A stretch of 64,000 bases of DNA from Clostridia bacterium. GTDB taxonomy: Bacteria; Bacillota; Clostridia; RGIG6154. Both the position numbers and the translations under genes were made by a program. Every line of letters starts with the position of its first letter. Position 1 is the first letter of the stretch. Where the stretch lies: positions 1-64,000 of the forward strand of contig JAZNOU010000012.1 in the NCBI GenBank assembly GCA_045589295.1. The letters run 5' to 3'. The notes beneath the pieces were generated by a model. That model searched no databases. It saw only the letters and a program-made list of their open reading frames with translations, and was not told the origin of the DNA. Of this stretch, positions 51,253 to 61,324 are shown piece after piece.

Positions 51253-52677
51253 TTAATTAACAAATACATCATTGCCATCGTCTGTGTATGGTAAATTTAA
51301 TTTGCAATAGGTTGTGCAACCTAAAGGTCTGTATTTCTTTAAAGAAATATTCATCGTTCGTCTGTTTCCATTAGACTTTTTTGTAATCATACCCTGTCCT
51401 GTCTTTTTTATAAAAATCAGATTGAACTCCATCCAAAATTTAGTGGTTGAAATATGAGCATATTTAATATGATTATTAGCTTTACACCAATTTATAAATG
51501 CCTGATAAACTGCACTCCTTGTTTCCCATATGGATTTATCTTCCGACACCTTGAAATAAATACACTCATTCCAAAATGCTTCAAATGGATTGGACATAGT
51601 TATATACTGATTTTTCAGTTTCTCTATCTTTTCCGAGTCAGTAAATCTGAAATCATTGGAATTAAGCCTGTTAAAACCTTTTATCGCCAAATTAAAAATT
51701 CCTGGCAACTCTTTCTTTAACTTTTCTTCCAGATGAATATCAGCTGTTCCGTCTTTAATAGAGAATTGTTTTTCAAAAGGAACGATGATAATTCGGCGGA
51801 AAAATCCGTCAGAAATATCTTTAAACTGCGGTAGTGTATTGGTGCTGAATATCAGCTTACAGAATGGTTTGAATGAAAAAACATCTTTACCTTTAAACTC
51901 TGCCGATATAGCATCACCGCCTGTGATAGCCTTTATATATTGTGTATCAGTAACCTGTCCGTTGTAGCTTTCGTTTTCAGTAGATATATTAACTAATTTA
52001 TCCAATAAAACCGATTTATTAAATCTCTTTGCAAAATCCCTTATTGGTACAGTAGAACAATTATCTTCGCCGACTAATGCCATAATCAAATTGCACAGTA
52101 CAGATTTTCCGTTTGCTCCCGTTCCGAAAAACAAGAAGAAGCATTGTGCTGAATTATTCCTTGTCATTATATATCCCATCAACTCCTGAATGACTTTCAT
52201 TATCTCTCTGTCATCATCAAATATGCTTTTTAAAAATTTGATAAATTGAGGACATTTTGCCTTTTTATCATATTTAATCGGGAGCTGTACAGTGCAATAA
52301 TATTCAGGGCTATGCGGAATAAGCTTGTTAGTCTCCAAATCATACATTCCATTTTTCAGGCAAATCAAGTTTTGGTATTTGTTGAATTCACCGCCATAAA
52401 ATGCAATTCTTTTCAGTGCAGTAAAATAGTACTCCTCTGCTCTTTTGTTAAATGAATTCGGATATGATGTGGAAAGAATCAGTTTCGCCATAATCGCTTT
52501 TAAGCGTTCTTCTGAAATCGGCTTATATGCTCCGTGACGATACATATAATATTTACCGTTATCTGCATAAATAATATTGTACTTCCTATGTACATACAAT
52601 GCGAATAAATTACTGTCAAGATAAACCCCATCATCACCTGTTTCTCTGAAGCCCATTTCTTGTTCATTGTTCTTCAT
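51253..52677 (-). CDS. D5/P4-family SF3 helicase (no primase domain evident)
   Basis: LKNGMYDL, CPQFIKFL, GTGANGKS, KAITGGD, FSTN.LP, FFRRIIIVPF. Confidence 0.9.
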   Translation of the reverse strand: MKNNEQEMGFRETGDDGVYLDSNLFALYVHRKYNIIYADNGKYYMYRHGAYKPISEERLKAIMAKLILSTSYPNSFNKRAEEYYFTALKRIAFYGGEFNKYQNLICLKNGMYDLETNKLIPHSPEYYCTVQLPIKYDKKAKCPQFIKFLKSIFDDDREIMKVIQELMGYIMTRNNSAQCFFLFFGTGANGKSVLCNLIMALVGEDNCSTVPIRDFAKRFNKSVLLDKLVNISTENESYNGQVTDTQYIKAITGGDAISAEFKGKDVFSFKPFCKLIFSTNTLPQFKDISDGFFRRIIIVPFEKQFSIKDGTADIHLEEKLKKELPGIFNLAIKGFNRLNSNDFRFTDSEKIEKLKNQYITMSNPFEAFWNECIYFKVSEDKSIWETRSAVYQAFINWCKANNHIKYAHISTTKFWMEFNLIFIKKTGQGMITKKSNGNRRTMNISLKKYRPLGCTTYCKLNLPYTDDGNDVFVN

Positions 52678-52792
52678 AATAACCTCCTAAAATAATATTT
52701 TGAATTCGAATTCTGAAGTTATTATATCAAATATTATTTTAAAAAACCAATTGGAATATTCTTATATTATCAGAGAATATAAATATTTTTTG

Positions 52793-52833
52793 CAAGAAAT
52801 ATTCTTGAAAAAATTCTCAGCAAGTGATATAAT
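52793..52833 (+). promoter_or_regulatory. SigA-type promoter with an overlapping palindrome (candidate operator)
   Basis: TTGAAA(52805)-17-TATAAT(52828) with TG; CAAGAA-ATA-TTCTTG overlaps the -35. Confidence 0.55.
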
Positions 52834-52895
52834 AGTAAAGGGTATTGAAAAAAACTATACTTCTGTTTGAGCATAAAAAAGTTGAGGTGAATTAA

Positions 52896-53438
52896 ATGGC
52901 GTATATGAGACGCAAGAAAAAAATGAGTCCCGAACTAGAAAAAGACTATTATCAGCAGTTGATGTCCTTGGTTAATAAAAATCTTCCGGGGCTCACACAA
53001 AATCAGCTATTAATAGAGATTAATAAGTATGCAAGAGATAAAGGATATCAAATAACCCAACCTGAATTATCAAAAGATTTATCAAAGATTAATATAGTTA
53101 AAGTAAAGGAAACTATAAAAAGCATTGTTAATGGTGAAGAAATACTAGAAACACAAAATGTATTCAGATACAAAGAACCCATCCCCACAGCAACTCTTCC
53201 GCCGATATTTAGCGAATATATAAGAGGCAAATCGACCTTATTTAAAAAACCTAAGTGTTTAAAAATACCAGTAAAAGAAGGAACTGAACAAATAGTGTGT
53301 AAGGAACTTTGTGAACATTACGGGCATGCAAATTTAATATATATTCCAGCATACAAAGCAGTTTGTATCATTGTTCTGAATTCTGAAAGTGCTATAACGA
53401 AGATAGAAACCATACAAGAACAAATTAACAAATTATAG
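52896..53438 (+). CDS. Divergent ArgR/AhrC-like regulator
   Basis: TQNQLL...GYQITQPELSKDLSKINIVKV matches the ArgR wHTH (TQ.EL...G..VTQATVSRD..EL.LVKV). Confidence 0.65.
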   Translation: MAYMRRKKKMSPELEKDYYQQLMSLVNKNLPGLTQNQLLIEINKYARDKGYQITQPELSKDLSKINIVKVKETIKSIVNGEEILETQNVFRYKEPIPTATLPPIFSEYIRGKSTLFKKPKCLKIPVKEGTEQIVCKELCEHYGHANLIYIPAYKAVCIIVLNSESAITKIETIQEQINKL

Positions 53439-53541
53439 ATTTTTGAAATTAGTAATCATTCAAATATATATCATATTATTGAAAGCCAATAGGAAATCAA
53501 ATTCCTATTGGCTTTTAATATTTTATGAAAGGATTGTTAAA

Positions 53542-55116
53542 ATGAATGAAAAGCAAGGATTAAAGGTTGTTTTATATGCTCGTTTTTCATCTGACCTACA
53601 ACGCTCCGAGAGCATTGATGCACAGGTCAGGGCGATGAAGAAATATTGCGAGCAAAACCACATGCAGATTATTGACACCTATGTGGACGAGGCAAAGTCT
53701 GCCACCACAGACAAGCGACCTTCGTTTCAAAGAATGATTGAAGACAGCAAAAAGCACATCTTTGAGGGCATTGTCGTTCACAAGCTTGACCGCTTTGCAA
53801 GAAACCGCTATGATTCAGCAATGTACAAGAGAACTCTAAGGCTCAACGGCGTTCGGGTTTTCAGCGTTCTTGAAAATCTTGATGACTCCCCTGAGTCAAT
53901 TATGCTTGAATCACTGCTTGAAGGTATGAATGAATACTATTCCAAAAACCTTGCAAGAGAGGTTATGAAAGGATTAAAGGAAAATGCTCTCCAATGCAAA
54001 CATACAGGTGGAAGTCCACCTTTGGGTTACTATGTTGATGAAAATAAGCATCTTGCCATTGATGAAAAGGAAGCTGAAGCTGTGAGGATAATTTTTGATA
54101 TGTTTTCCAACGGACATTCCTATGATGAAATAATATCAACTCTTAACCAAAGAAAGTTTTACACCAAGAAGGGTAATATGTTTGGAAGAAACTCTATTCA
54201 CAGCATACTGACGAATGAAAAATATGTCGGTACTTATGTGTTTAACAAAAGCTCTTCTAAAGACATGTATAACAGAAGAAATTCTCACAAGTACAAAGAT
54301 GATAATCTGATTATTAAAGTACCTGACGGTTGCCCTCAGCTTGTAGATAGAGAAACCTTTGAAAAAGTTCAGCAAAGATTGCTTGAAAACAAGCATCAGG
54401 GAGGAATGTACAACGCAAAGCACAGATACCTTTTAAGCGGATTTTTATATTGTGGTTACTGCGGTAAAAGATTAACTGGCAACCGAAGATACAGCGGAAG
54501 AAACAAGTCACTTTCTGTTACTTACCGATGTCTAACACACAAAGACAGTTGTATTAGCAAGGAATATAACAGATACTTTTTAGAGGATTTTGTATTTAAT
54601 CAAATTAAAGAACATTTTGGGTATAAAGCAAGGCTTGCATCTATGTATAACAAGGTTAACCGATATGCAGAAAAAAGCCTTAAAACTCTGCAAACTGATT
54701 TAGATGCACTTACCAACAGACTTATATCTGTTAATGAAGCAATTTTAAATATTACTATGGCTATTGAGAAAGGAGTATGCACAGATGATATACTCGAAAG
54801 ATTGGAAGCACTTAAACACGAAAAAGCGACTATCCAAACGGAAATGTCAAAAAAGTCACAGATACAAAAGATTAGATATACTGATGCTGATGTAAGCAAA
54901 ACTTTAAATGAGTGCAAAGAGCTCATGAAACAACCTACACATCCTAAAAACAGATGGTTTCTTAAAAAGGTGATTTCAAGGATTGTTTTATATCGTGAAG
55001 AAATTCTTATAGTCCTCAATACAGGTCTATCTGTAAATGATGATTTTAATACTGAAATAAGAGCATCAAGAAAAGAAATATACGATTACGGAAGGAGCAT
55101 AAAAAATGCTAGTTGA
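53542..55116 (+). CDS. Large serine recombinase 2
   Basis: YARFSS, DRFARN, PPLGY, CGYCG...YRC...C; ATG 53542 after GAAAGGA. Confidence 0.95.
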   Translation: MNEKQGLKVVLYARFSSDLQRSESIDAQVRAMKKYCEQNHMQIIDTYVDEAKSATTDKRPSFQRMIEDSKKHIFEGIVVHKLDRFARNRYDSAMYKRTLRLNGVRVFSVLENLDDSPESIMLESLLEGMNEYYSKNLAREVMKGLKENALQCKHTGGSPPLGYYVDENKHLAIDEKEAEAVRIIFDMFSNGHSYDEIISTLNQRKFYTKKGNMFGRNSIHSILTNEKYVGTYVFNKSSSKDMYNRRNSHKYKDDNLIIKVPDGCPQLVDRETFEKVQQRLLENKHQGGMYNAKHRYLLSGFLYCGYCGKRLTGNRRYSGRNKSLSVTYRCLTHKDSCISKEYNRYFLEDFVFNQIKEHFGYKARLASMYNKVNRYAEKSLKTLQTDLDALTNRLISVNEAILNITMAIEKGVCTDDILERLEALKHEKATIQTEMSKKSQIQKIRYTDADVSKTLNECKELMKQPTHPKNRWFLKKVISRIVLYREEILIVLNTGLSVNDDFNTEIRASRKEIYDYGRSIKNAS

Positions 55117-55639
55117 AAAGAATATTTTAAAAACAGATTTATCATACAGTGATGATAAATCAAGAAGATACTTACTTAACATTGAATGGGATAAAACGAA
55201 AAAGAAGGCTTGTATTATCATGCTGTCGGCAGGGCGAGCCAATGGCTTGTTTTTTGACCGAACAACAAACAATGTGATTGAAAATCTGGTTGAGACAGAC
55301 TACGGAAGTGTGGATGTGCTCAACCTTTTTTCTTGCCTTGATGAGAAGGTCGAGGACGTTGGCGATTCTGAGAATTTGCAGATGATTGAACAATCAGCCA
55401 AAAATGCGGACATTATCATTTTTGCTGCGGGCACGGGCAAAAAAGCTGACAAGAGAGTACAGACAAGACAGAAAGATGTGCTTGCAACACTTAAAAAGTA
55501 CGATAAAAAGCTATTCTGTATCGCTGATGATGACGGAAAGAAATTCTATCACCCTTTATGTCCTAAGGTGAAAAAGTGGAATTTAGTTAAATTTGATGTC
55601 GAAGAACTTACAAAGAAGGGATACGATTATGAGTATTAA
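55106..55639 (+). CDS. DUF1643-like protein
   Basis: SDDKSRRYLL...W...IIML...D.T...NLFS...IIFAAG...HPL pattern. Confidence 0.75.
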   Translation: MLVEKNILKTDLSYSDDKSRRYLLNIEWDKTKKKACIIMLSAGRANGLFFDRTTNNVIENLVETDYGSVDVLNLFSCLDEKVEDVGDSENLQMIEQSAKNADIIIFAAGTGKKADKRVQTRQKDVLATLKKYDKKLFCIADDDGKKFYHPLCPKVKKWNLVKFDVEELTKKGYDYEY

Positions 55640-55931
55640 ATTAGGAACTAAAAAAGAGCTTTACAAGGTAAATCACTTACCCAAAAGAGTTAGAGAATAT
55701 ATTGAGGGTGATGTTGCTGCTTTAGATTGCTTTTATGGTGATGACAGGAATATAGATGCTGATTTTGGCGGTTTTGTTGTAGTATGCGAAGCGGATGAAG
55801 TGCTTGACATTGAAAATTTTGTAGAAGATTTGGAACAAGCGGAGTACATACAAGACATTTGTCCCTATCGAAAAGCACTTTATATTGCGGGAACTGAGCG
55901 AAATATCATTATCTACAGAAAGAGGAACTAA
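55629..55931 (+). CDS. Hypothetical protein
   Basis: Overlaps the DUF1643 stop; LDCFYGDDRNIDADFGGFVVV. Confidence 0.65.
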   Translation: MSIKLGTKKELYKVNHLPKRVREYIEGDVAALDCFYGDDRNIDADFGGFVVVCEADEVLDIENFVEDLEQAEYIQDICPYRKALYIAGTERNIIIYRKRN

Positions 55932-56006
55932 ATGGACAAACGCAAGGACAATGGGATTTTACTTGGGAAATCAGATTTGGTAAAATATTCCTCAGAGGTG
56001 ATTTTA

Positions 56007-56264
56007 ATGGGAGGTGAAACACAAAAAGAGTTATTAAACTCTGTGTATAAAGACATAGCCGAAGCTTTTGGAATAGATGTTGCCATACAGTTTTACCAAA
56101 TGTATAAGGGTATGCAGATGACTTTTCCAACAAGATTGTTTAATCCTGAATATGTGAAAAAGCAGATACCTGTTGAGTATGACGGAAAGAATATCAAACA
56201 ATTGGCTAAAAAATATGGTTATAGTGAAAAAACCGTAAGAAGAATGATAAAGGAAAGCGTGTAA
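56007..56264 (+). CDS. Mor/C-family transcription activator-like protein
   Basis: YKDIAEAFG...YKGMQMTFP...YDGKNIKQLAKKYGYSEKTVRRMI; upstream ATG 55932 also possible. Confidence 0.8.
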   Translation: MGGETQKELLNSVYKDIAEAFGIDVAIQFYQMYKGMQMTFPTRLFNPEYVKKQIPVEYDGKNIKQLAKKYGYSEKTVRRMIKESV

Positions 56265-56277
56265 AGGAGAACAGTAT

Positions 56278-57333
56278 ATGCAATATTTGTTAATTTCCAT
56301 AATATTAATCTTGATTGCACAACGAAAAAAAGGAACAAATTTAAGTAAATTTTTAAACATTGTTGCTACAATAATTTTATGTGTATTTATATCTACTAAT
56401 ACTAAAGGCTGTATGAAATTAGATAACACTAATATAAATTCATCACATGTAGATACCTCAAATATTAAAGTGGAATTGAATGGTTACAATAAAACAAGTG
56501 TTCCAATAGGTGTTGGAGAATACTCGTTTGAAAAAGATAAATATAGTGATGGAATGTATTTTTGTCTTGATGTAAGTAAAAATTCAAATTCTCCTTGGTG
56601 TGGTGCTATTACTGCTGAAATAGAGTTTTTTGATGAACAGGACAATTCTATCGGCAAGGATATTGCCAAAAGCGGTAGTTTGCGTATGGATATGGGTGAT
56701 AGGTTGAAATTCGGTTTTTCCACTAATGACGGAAAAATTGTTTACAATCAAAAGGAAATTGTCAAGATTGTTTTAAGCTCGATTTATGAAGAAAATGATT
56801 TGCATCGTTTCTTGAAATCAAACTTCATCAACAAAAAACATGAGCTTCAAAAATGTATTGATGAAAAAAATTATGATATGTTTTATTCTAAACTTGAAAG
56901 CGTGAGGAAAGAATATCCCAGAGAGGAATTCCCTGATGAAAATATGGTTTTAGATGATATGGAAAACAGTGTTAGTGGAGTGAAAAGCCAAGAAAAACAA
57001 ACAGAAAACCAAACTCAAAAGACAATTCAGCAAACTCAGCAAAACACTAATGGTTATATGGATTGTTGGATATATGACATACAGGTTGATGATAGCTTGC
57101 TATCAAGGGATTTGGGCTTTGGTACAGGTTATAATATAATTTGCTTTTTCACTACATATGATTCACAAGCAACTAAAACAGCAAATGATTTTGAAGGTGT
57201 CTTTTTTACAACCGAAGAAAAAGGGAAACTTGCTAATATTGGAACGGGGTGGCATAAAGTTAACCTTAAAAGAATTGGCGACAGAAAAATTAATGTTTTA
57301 GGAATGGACGCATATGTATTTATACATCAGTAA
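56278..57333 (+). CDS. Hypothetical membrane-anchored protein (cargo)
   Basis: 351-aa ORF, SD AAGGAG, two N-terminal hydrophobic segments. Confidence 0.7.
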   Translation: MQYLLISIILILIAQRKKGTNLSKFLNIVATIILCVFISTNTKGCMKLDNTNINSSHVDTSNIKVELNGYNKTSVPIGVGEYSFEKDKYSDGMYFCLDVSKNSNSPWCGAITAEIEFFDEQDNSIGKDIAKSGSLRMDMGDRLKFGFSTNDGKIVYNQKEIVKIVLSSIYEENDLHRFLKSNFINKKHELQKCIDEKNYDMFYSKLESVRKEYPREEFPDENMVLDDMENSVSGVKSQEKQTENQTQKTIQQTQQNTNGYMDCWIYDIQVDDSLLSRDLGFGTGYNIICFFTTYDSQATKTANDFEGVFFTTEEKGKLANIGTGWHKVNLKRIGDRKINVLGMDAYVFIHQ

Positions 57334-57399
57334 AGTGCAAACGGCTATGAGGGAAATCAAACCTCATAGCCTTATTTTCTATGCAAAGGAGTTGATAAA

Positions 57400-57477
57400 A
57401 TGCAATATACATTATTGGGATTCGGTTTAACACTTACAGTATTATTAGGTATTGAAGCATTAAGAGAAAGGGCGTGA
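57400..57477 (+). CDS. 25-aa hydrophobic peptide (not in ORF track)
   Basis: SD AAAGGAG; MQYTLLGFGLTLTVLLGIEALRERA. Confidence 0.5.
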   Translation: MQYTLLGFGLTLTVLLGIEALRERA

Positions 57478-57481
57478 TAGG

Positions 57482-57595
57482 ATGATGTTTTTAGTCGGTG
57501 CAAGCACAACTGCATTTCTGACAGCCTTCGGCGAGGGTGCAATGCTTGCCGCATCTGTTTATCTTGCAAGCAGAGGGGTCAGAAGAAGACGATGA
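57482..57595 (+). CDS. 37-aa hydrophobic peptide with basic tail (not in ORF track)
   Basis: MMFLVGASTTAFLTAFGEGAMLAASVYLASRGVRRRR; starts 4 nt after the previous stop. Confidence 0.5.
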   Translation: MMFLVGASTTAFLTAFGEGAMLAASVYLASRGVRRRR

Positions 57596-57746
57596 GGGCA
57601 GGTCGAGGACAGCTTTTGGGGCACTTCCAAAACCTCAAATGCCAGTACCGAACTGCCTTTGGGCAAGAGGGCAAGTCAGTGGTCGCAAAGTCTCCACAAA
57701 AAGAAAATCACATACACGGACTTAGCTCCGTGTATGTGAAAGTCGA

Positions 57747-58095
57747 TGGTGGAGATGAGGAGAATTGAACTCCTGTCCGAAAATTTGTCCTTCGATACGT
57801 CTACAGGTTTAGTTTACGGATTTGTTTTCTTTCCCTCGGGGCACCGTAAACGAAGCCCTTTGGGACATAGCTTTTTATACCTGACTTGCTAAAAGCATCA
57901 CAAGTTCACGTTCACTGCGAAACTTTTCGCCTTGGGCTCTGCCGCAGTATCAGAGAACAAGACGGCAGCCGTTAATTAGGCAGCGTAAGCTAAATTTTTG
58001 TTAGCGTTTAAAATTTAATTGCACATTTTTAAGATGCTGTGCGCATCTACCTGCAATACCGAGCTCTTAATCCCCGTCGAAACCATTGCACCCCC
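57747..58095 (-). ncRNA. ssrA: tmRNA, tag peptide ANKNLAYAA
   Basis: 5' GGGGGTG...TTCGAC; 3' GTTCAATTC...CATCTCCACCA; tag GCT AAC AAA AAT TTA GCT TAC GCT GCC TAA; next to smpB. Confidence 0.95.
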
Positions 58096-58187
58096 ATATT
58101 TGAATTAATAGAGTGAAGTGTGGAGTTAAAATCCAGAATTCACTAAACTATTTTAATATAATATCATTTTATTGTCAACAGGAAATT

Positions 58188-58646
58188 TTATCTGTTTTTC
58201 ATAGCTCTTTCCATGTCTCGTTTTGCCGATTTTTTTGCTTCTGTTTCACGCTTATCATAAAGCTTTTTACCTTTTGCCAGAGCAACCTCAACTTTTACAT
58301 GTGAGCCTTTTAAGTACACAGAGGTGGGAATTAAAGAATATCCATCTTGCTTTACAAGGCCATAAAGTTTGGCAATTTCTCTTTTATGCAACAAAAGTTT
58401 TCTTACTCTTAAGGGGTCTTTATTAAAAATATTCCCCTTTTCGTACGGACTTATGTGCATTCCCATAACAAAAGCCTCACCTGATTTGATATTTACCCAG
58501 CTGTCTTTTAAATTAACACTTCCCTGTCTTACAGATTTTACTTCTGTTCCTAAAAGCTCAATTCCTGCTTCATATTTATCTTCAATAAAATAATCATGGT
58601 ATGCTTTTTTATTATTTGCAATTACCTTGATATTATCTTGTGACAT
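58188..58646 (-). CDS. smpB: SsrA-binding protein
   Basis: [42 protein letters not shown]. Confidence 0.97.
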   Translation of the reverse strand: MSQDNIKVIANNKKAYHDYFIEDKYEAGIELLGTEVKSVRQGSVNLKDSWVNIKSGEAFVMGMHISPYEKGNIFNKDPLRVRKLLLHKREIAKLYGLVKQDGYSLIPTSVYLKGSHVKVEVALAKGKKLYDKRETEAKKSAKRDMERAMKNR

Positions 58647-59328
58647 TTTTTTCTCCCTTTTCAATTATTCGGTTATGGACATAAAGCCCTATTAAGCTTA
58701 CCGTACCTATTACCAGATATACTATTAATGTGCTTAAAAAGTTCCCGTCTGCAAAAGTTGCGCCTGCATAGGTAGATGACACAACTGACGGTATTCTTGC
58801 AATACATGATAAAACTAAAAACTTTCTTACGGAAATTTTTGTAAGCGGAACAAAATACGTAAGCATATCCTTTGGCGTTCCTGGTATAAAAAATAACAAA
58901 AATATTACATACTCTAATTTCTTTTCGTTATTCAAAAATTTTGCGTTTTTTAGTTTTTCGGGGACTTTTACCCTTTCGGGATGATGGCAGCTTAAAACTT
59001 CTACAAATTTAAAAATTAAAAATTCGCCGATTACAATACCAATCAGACAGATAACTGCTCCCAGTGTAGTTTTATAAAGCACGCCTGCTGTAAATTCAAC
59101 AAGTTCGCCAGGTATAAAGGCTACAATAATCTGAAAAATCTGTATTAATAGCAAAACAAGTGCGCCCCATACACCAAAGCTTTCGATGTATGTAAGAAGT
59201 CTTTCAGAGTTGCTATATGATGCAAAAACAGGTGCAAGCATCCAAATCAGAGTGATGCAGACTGCGATTGCAGCCAGTATTGATGAAATTTTCAAAAAGT
59301 TTACTTTTTCTTTCATATAAAGTCCCAT
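58633..59328 (-). CDS. TVP38/TMEM64 (VTT/DedA) family membrane protein
   Basis: [24 protein letters not shown]. Confidence 0.85.
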   Translation of the reverse strand: MGLYMKEKVNFLKISSILAAIAVCITLIWMLAPVFASYSNSERLLTYIESFGVWGALVLLLIQIFQIIVAFIPGELVEFTAGVLYKTTLGAVICLIGIVIGEFLIFKFVEVLSCHHPERVKVPEKLKNAKFLNNEKKLEYVIFLLFFIPGTPKDMLTYFVPLTKISVRKFLVLSCIARIPSVVSSTYAGATFADGNFLSTLIVYLVIGTVSLIGLYVHNRIIEKGEKNVTR

Positions 59329-59458
59329 ATAAATATATGTTTTTTAAAATAATACCATAAAAAATTCCCTTTGTCAAAAAATAATAGTCATTTTTTGTTG
59401 AAAACGACCCTACTTTATGATAAAATAATTTAACAAAAGAAACTTAAGGAGAGATAAA

Positions 59459-61324
59459 ATGAGCGACGCACCAAGAATACAAGAAAAAGCGTTGAAACAA
59501 AAGGCTAAAATTGACTTTTTTGGCTTTTTTCTTGCTCCGCTTTTTGTTTTAATAATGCTTGAAATTATGCATTTATCACATTTAACGGGTTATCCGCAGT
59601 TTTTCGGCAACCCTTATTTTTTGGTAAAATGGCTTATTTCTTATGTTTTTTTACTCCTTTTTCAGAGTGTTTTGCTTGTTATTATTCCAAATATTGCGGT
59701 TTGCCATACTGTACAGACTGTGATTTTTTTCTGTCTTGGCTTTGTTACCGAGGTGCTTCTTAAAGTTACTGGCGACCCTCTTTTGCCATCTGACTTTTTT
59801 TTGATTGACAATATGGGTGAAATTGCCGGCTTTGTTGAGATACCTCTTTTGGTACAATGCATAGTATCTTTGATATTTGCGGTATTTTCAATAATATTTT
59901 TTATACGAAGAAGAAAATCAAAAAAATCATTGCTTAACACAAAACAAAAAGTAGCGTTTGGTCTTGCGGCTGTAATGCTCTTTTCAGGGTTTTGTTATGG
60001 GATGTGCTTTAACAGAAATATAAAGTACAGAGTTTTTCCTAAAATTAAGGTGGAAATTGCGGCATTTAATCCGCAGGCAGACTATTTTGCAAATGGATTT
60101 GTGCTTACATTTTTCCCGAGAATCGGTGAGCTTGTGGTACAAAAACCCGAAGGGTATACACAAGAAAAAATTAACGCACTTAAAGTTCAGGGAACAAAAA
60201 GCGAAAGTGCTGAAACACTAAAACCTAACATTATTGCAATTCAAAGCGAGGCGTTTTGGGATGTGACAAGACTTCCTGAAACTACTTTTTCAGCAGACCC
60301 GATGCAAAATATAAGAAAAATCGGAGCGGAGAAAAATGCCAAGCTGGGAACTATGATTTCGCCTGTTTTTGCAGGTGGCACGTGTTTACCTGAGTTTGAG
60401 TTTTTAACAGGGCTTTCTGTCAACTTTCTGCCTGCAAGTGTTTATCCTTATATTCAATCAGTTAACAAGCCTACGGCATCCATTGTTTCAAGCTTTAAAA
60501 GCAACGGTTACGAGACCTATGCACTTCACACCTACAAGAAGAATTTTTACGCAAGAAACAAGGCATATCCGCTTTTGGGTTTTGAAACCTTTTTGGGTGA
60601 CAGTGACTTAGACCAGCCTGAAATTAAGGGATGGTATATTTCTGACATGGAGGTTACACGTCAGCTTATAAAGGCATTTGAAAACAAGCAAAAGGAAAGA
60701 ATTTTTGAATTTGCAGTTACTATGCAAAATCACGGCGGTTATGGTTACCAAAGGTATGCGAATTATGATATTTTAGCAGAAAACGAAAAACTAAATGAAA
60801 AGGATTTACTTGGCGTTAAAGAATTTACCCAGGGCGTTTATGATGCTGATGTAGCTTTTGCTGCTTTGGTAGATTATTTCAGAAATGTTGATGAGCCGAC
60901 AGTTATTGTTATGTATGGCGACCATTTGCCGCTTTTAGGTGATGAGGGCAGCACATATATTGACGCAGGGCTGATACCAAAACCTGAGGATAAATTTGTT
61001 GCAAAGGACAACCCTGTTCTGTTTGAAACACCTTACATTGTATGGGCGAATTATGATGTTGATTTAAACGGTTTTGCTGACCCTATAAGTCCTGCTAATT
61101 TAGGGCTTTCGGTGTATAGCCTTGCAAATCTTAATGATGTGCCGTGGTATTACAACTGGATTTACAATTTCTATTCGGAATACCCTGTTTACAGCCCTTA
61201 CACAATTGAAAACAAAAACCATGTTACAATAGAGCAGACTGAGGAAAAACATCATGGTATGGCGGTTGAATACAAATACATTCAGTATGATATTCTTCAC
61301 GGCAAGAAATATGCAGAGCAATGA
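59459..61324 (+). CDS. LTA synthase-family sulfatase-fold protein
   Basis: N-terminal TM segments; PNII.IQSEAF, GGTC..EFEFLTG, TMQNHG, YGDHLP. Confidence 0.9.
   Translation: MSDAPRIQEKALKQKAKIDFFGFFLAPLFVLIMLEIMHLSHLTGYPQFFGNPYFLVKWLISYVFLLLFQSVLLVIIPNIAVCHTVQTVIFFCLGFVTEVLLKVTGDPLLPSDFFLIDNMGEIAGFVEIPLLVQCIVSLIFAVFSIIFFIRRRKSKKSLLNTKQKVAFGLAAVMLFSGFCYGMCFNRNIKYRVFPKIKVEIAAFNPQADYFANGFVLTFFPRIGELVVQKPEGYTQEKINALKVQGTKSESAETLKPNIIAIQSEAFWDVTRLPETTFSADPMQNIRKIGAEKNAKLGTMISPVFAGGTCLPEFEFLTGLSVNFLPASVYPYIQSVNKPTASIVSSFKSNGYETYALHTYKKNFYARNKAYPLLGFETFLGDSDLDQPEIKGWYISDMEVTRQLIKAFENKQKERIFEFAVTMQNHGGYGYQRYANYDILAENEKLNEKDLLGVKEFTQGVYDADVAFAALVDYFRNVDEPTVIVMYGDHLPLLGDEGSTYIDAGLIPKPEDKFVAKDNPVLFETPYIVWANYDVDLNGFADPISPANLGLSVYSLANLNDVPWYYNWIYNFYSEYPVYSPYTIENKNHVTIEQTEEKHHGMAVEYKYIQYDILHGKKYAEQ

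Larger units (their letters stand above)
45929..57758. mobile_element. ~11.8-kb island at the tmRNA 3' end (R-M, two large serine recombinases, SF3 helicase)
   Basis: TGGTGGAGATGA at 45929-45940 duplicates the ssrA 3' end at 57747-57758; all interior genes are MGE-type. Confidence 0.8.

Noticed and set aside
45929-57758. Intact prophage or ICE
   Set aside because: No terminase, capsid, tail, lysis, relaxase, coupling protein or VirB4 genes recognised.
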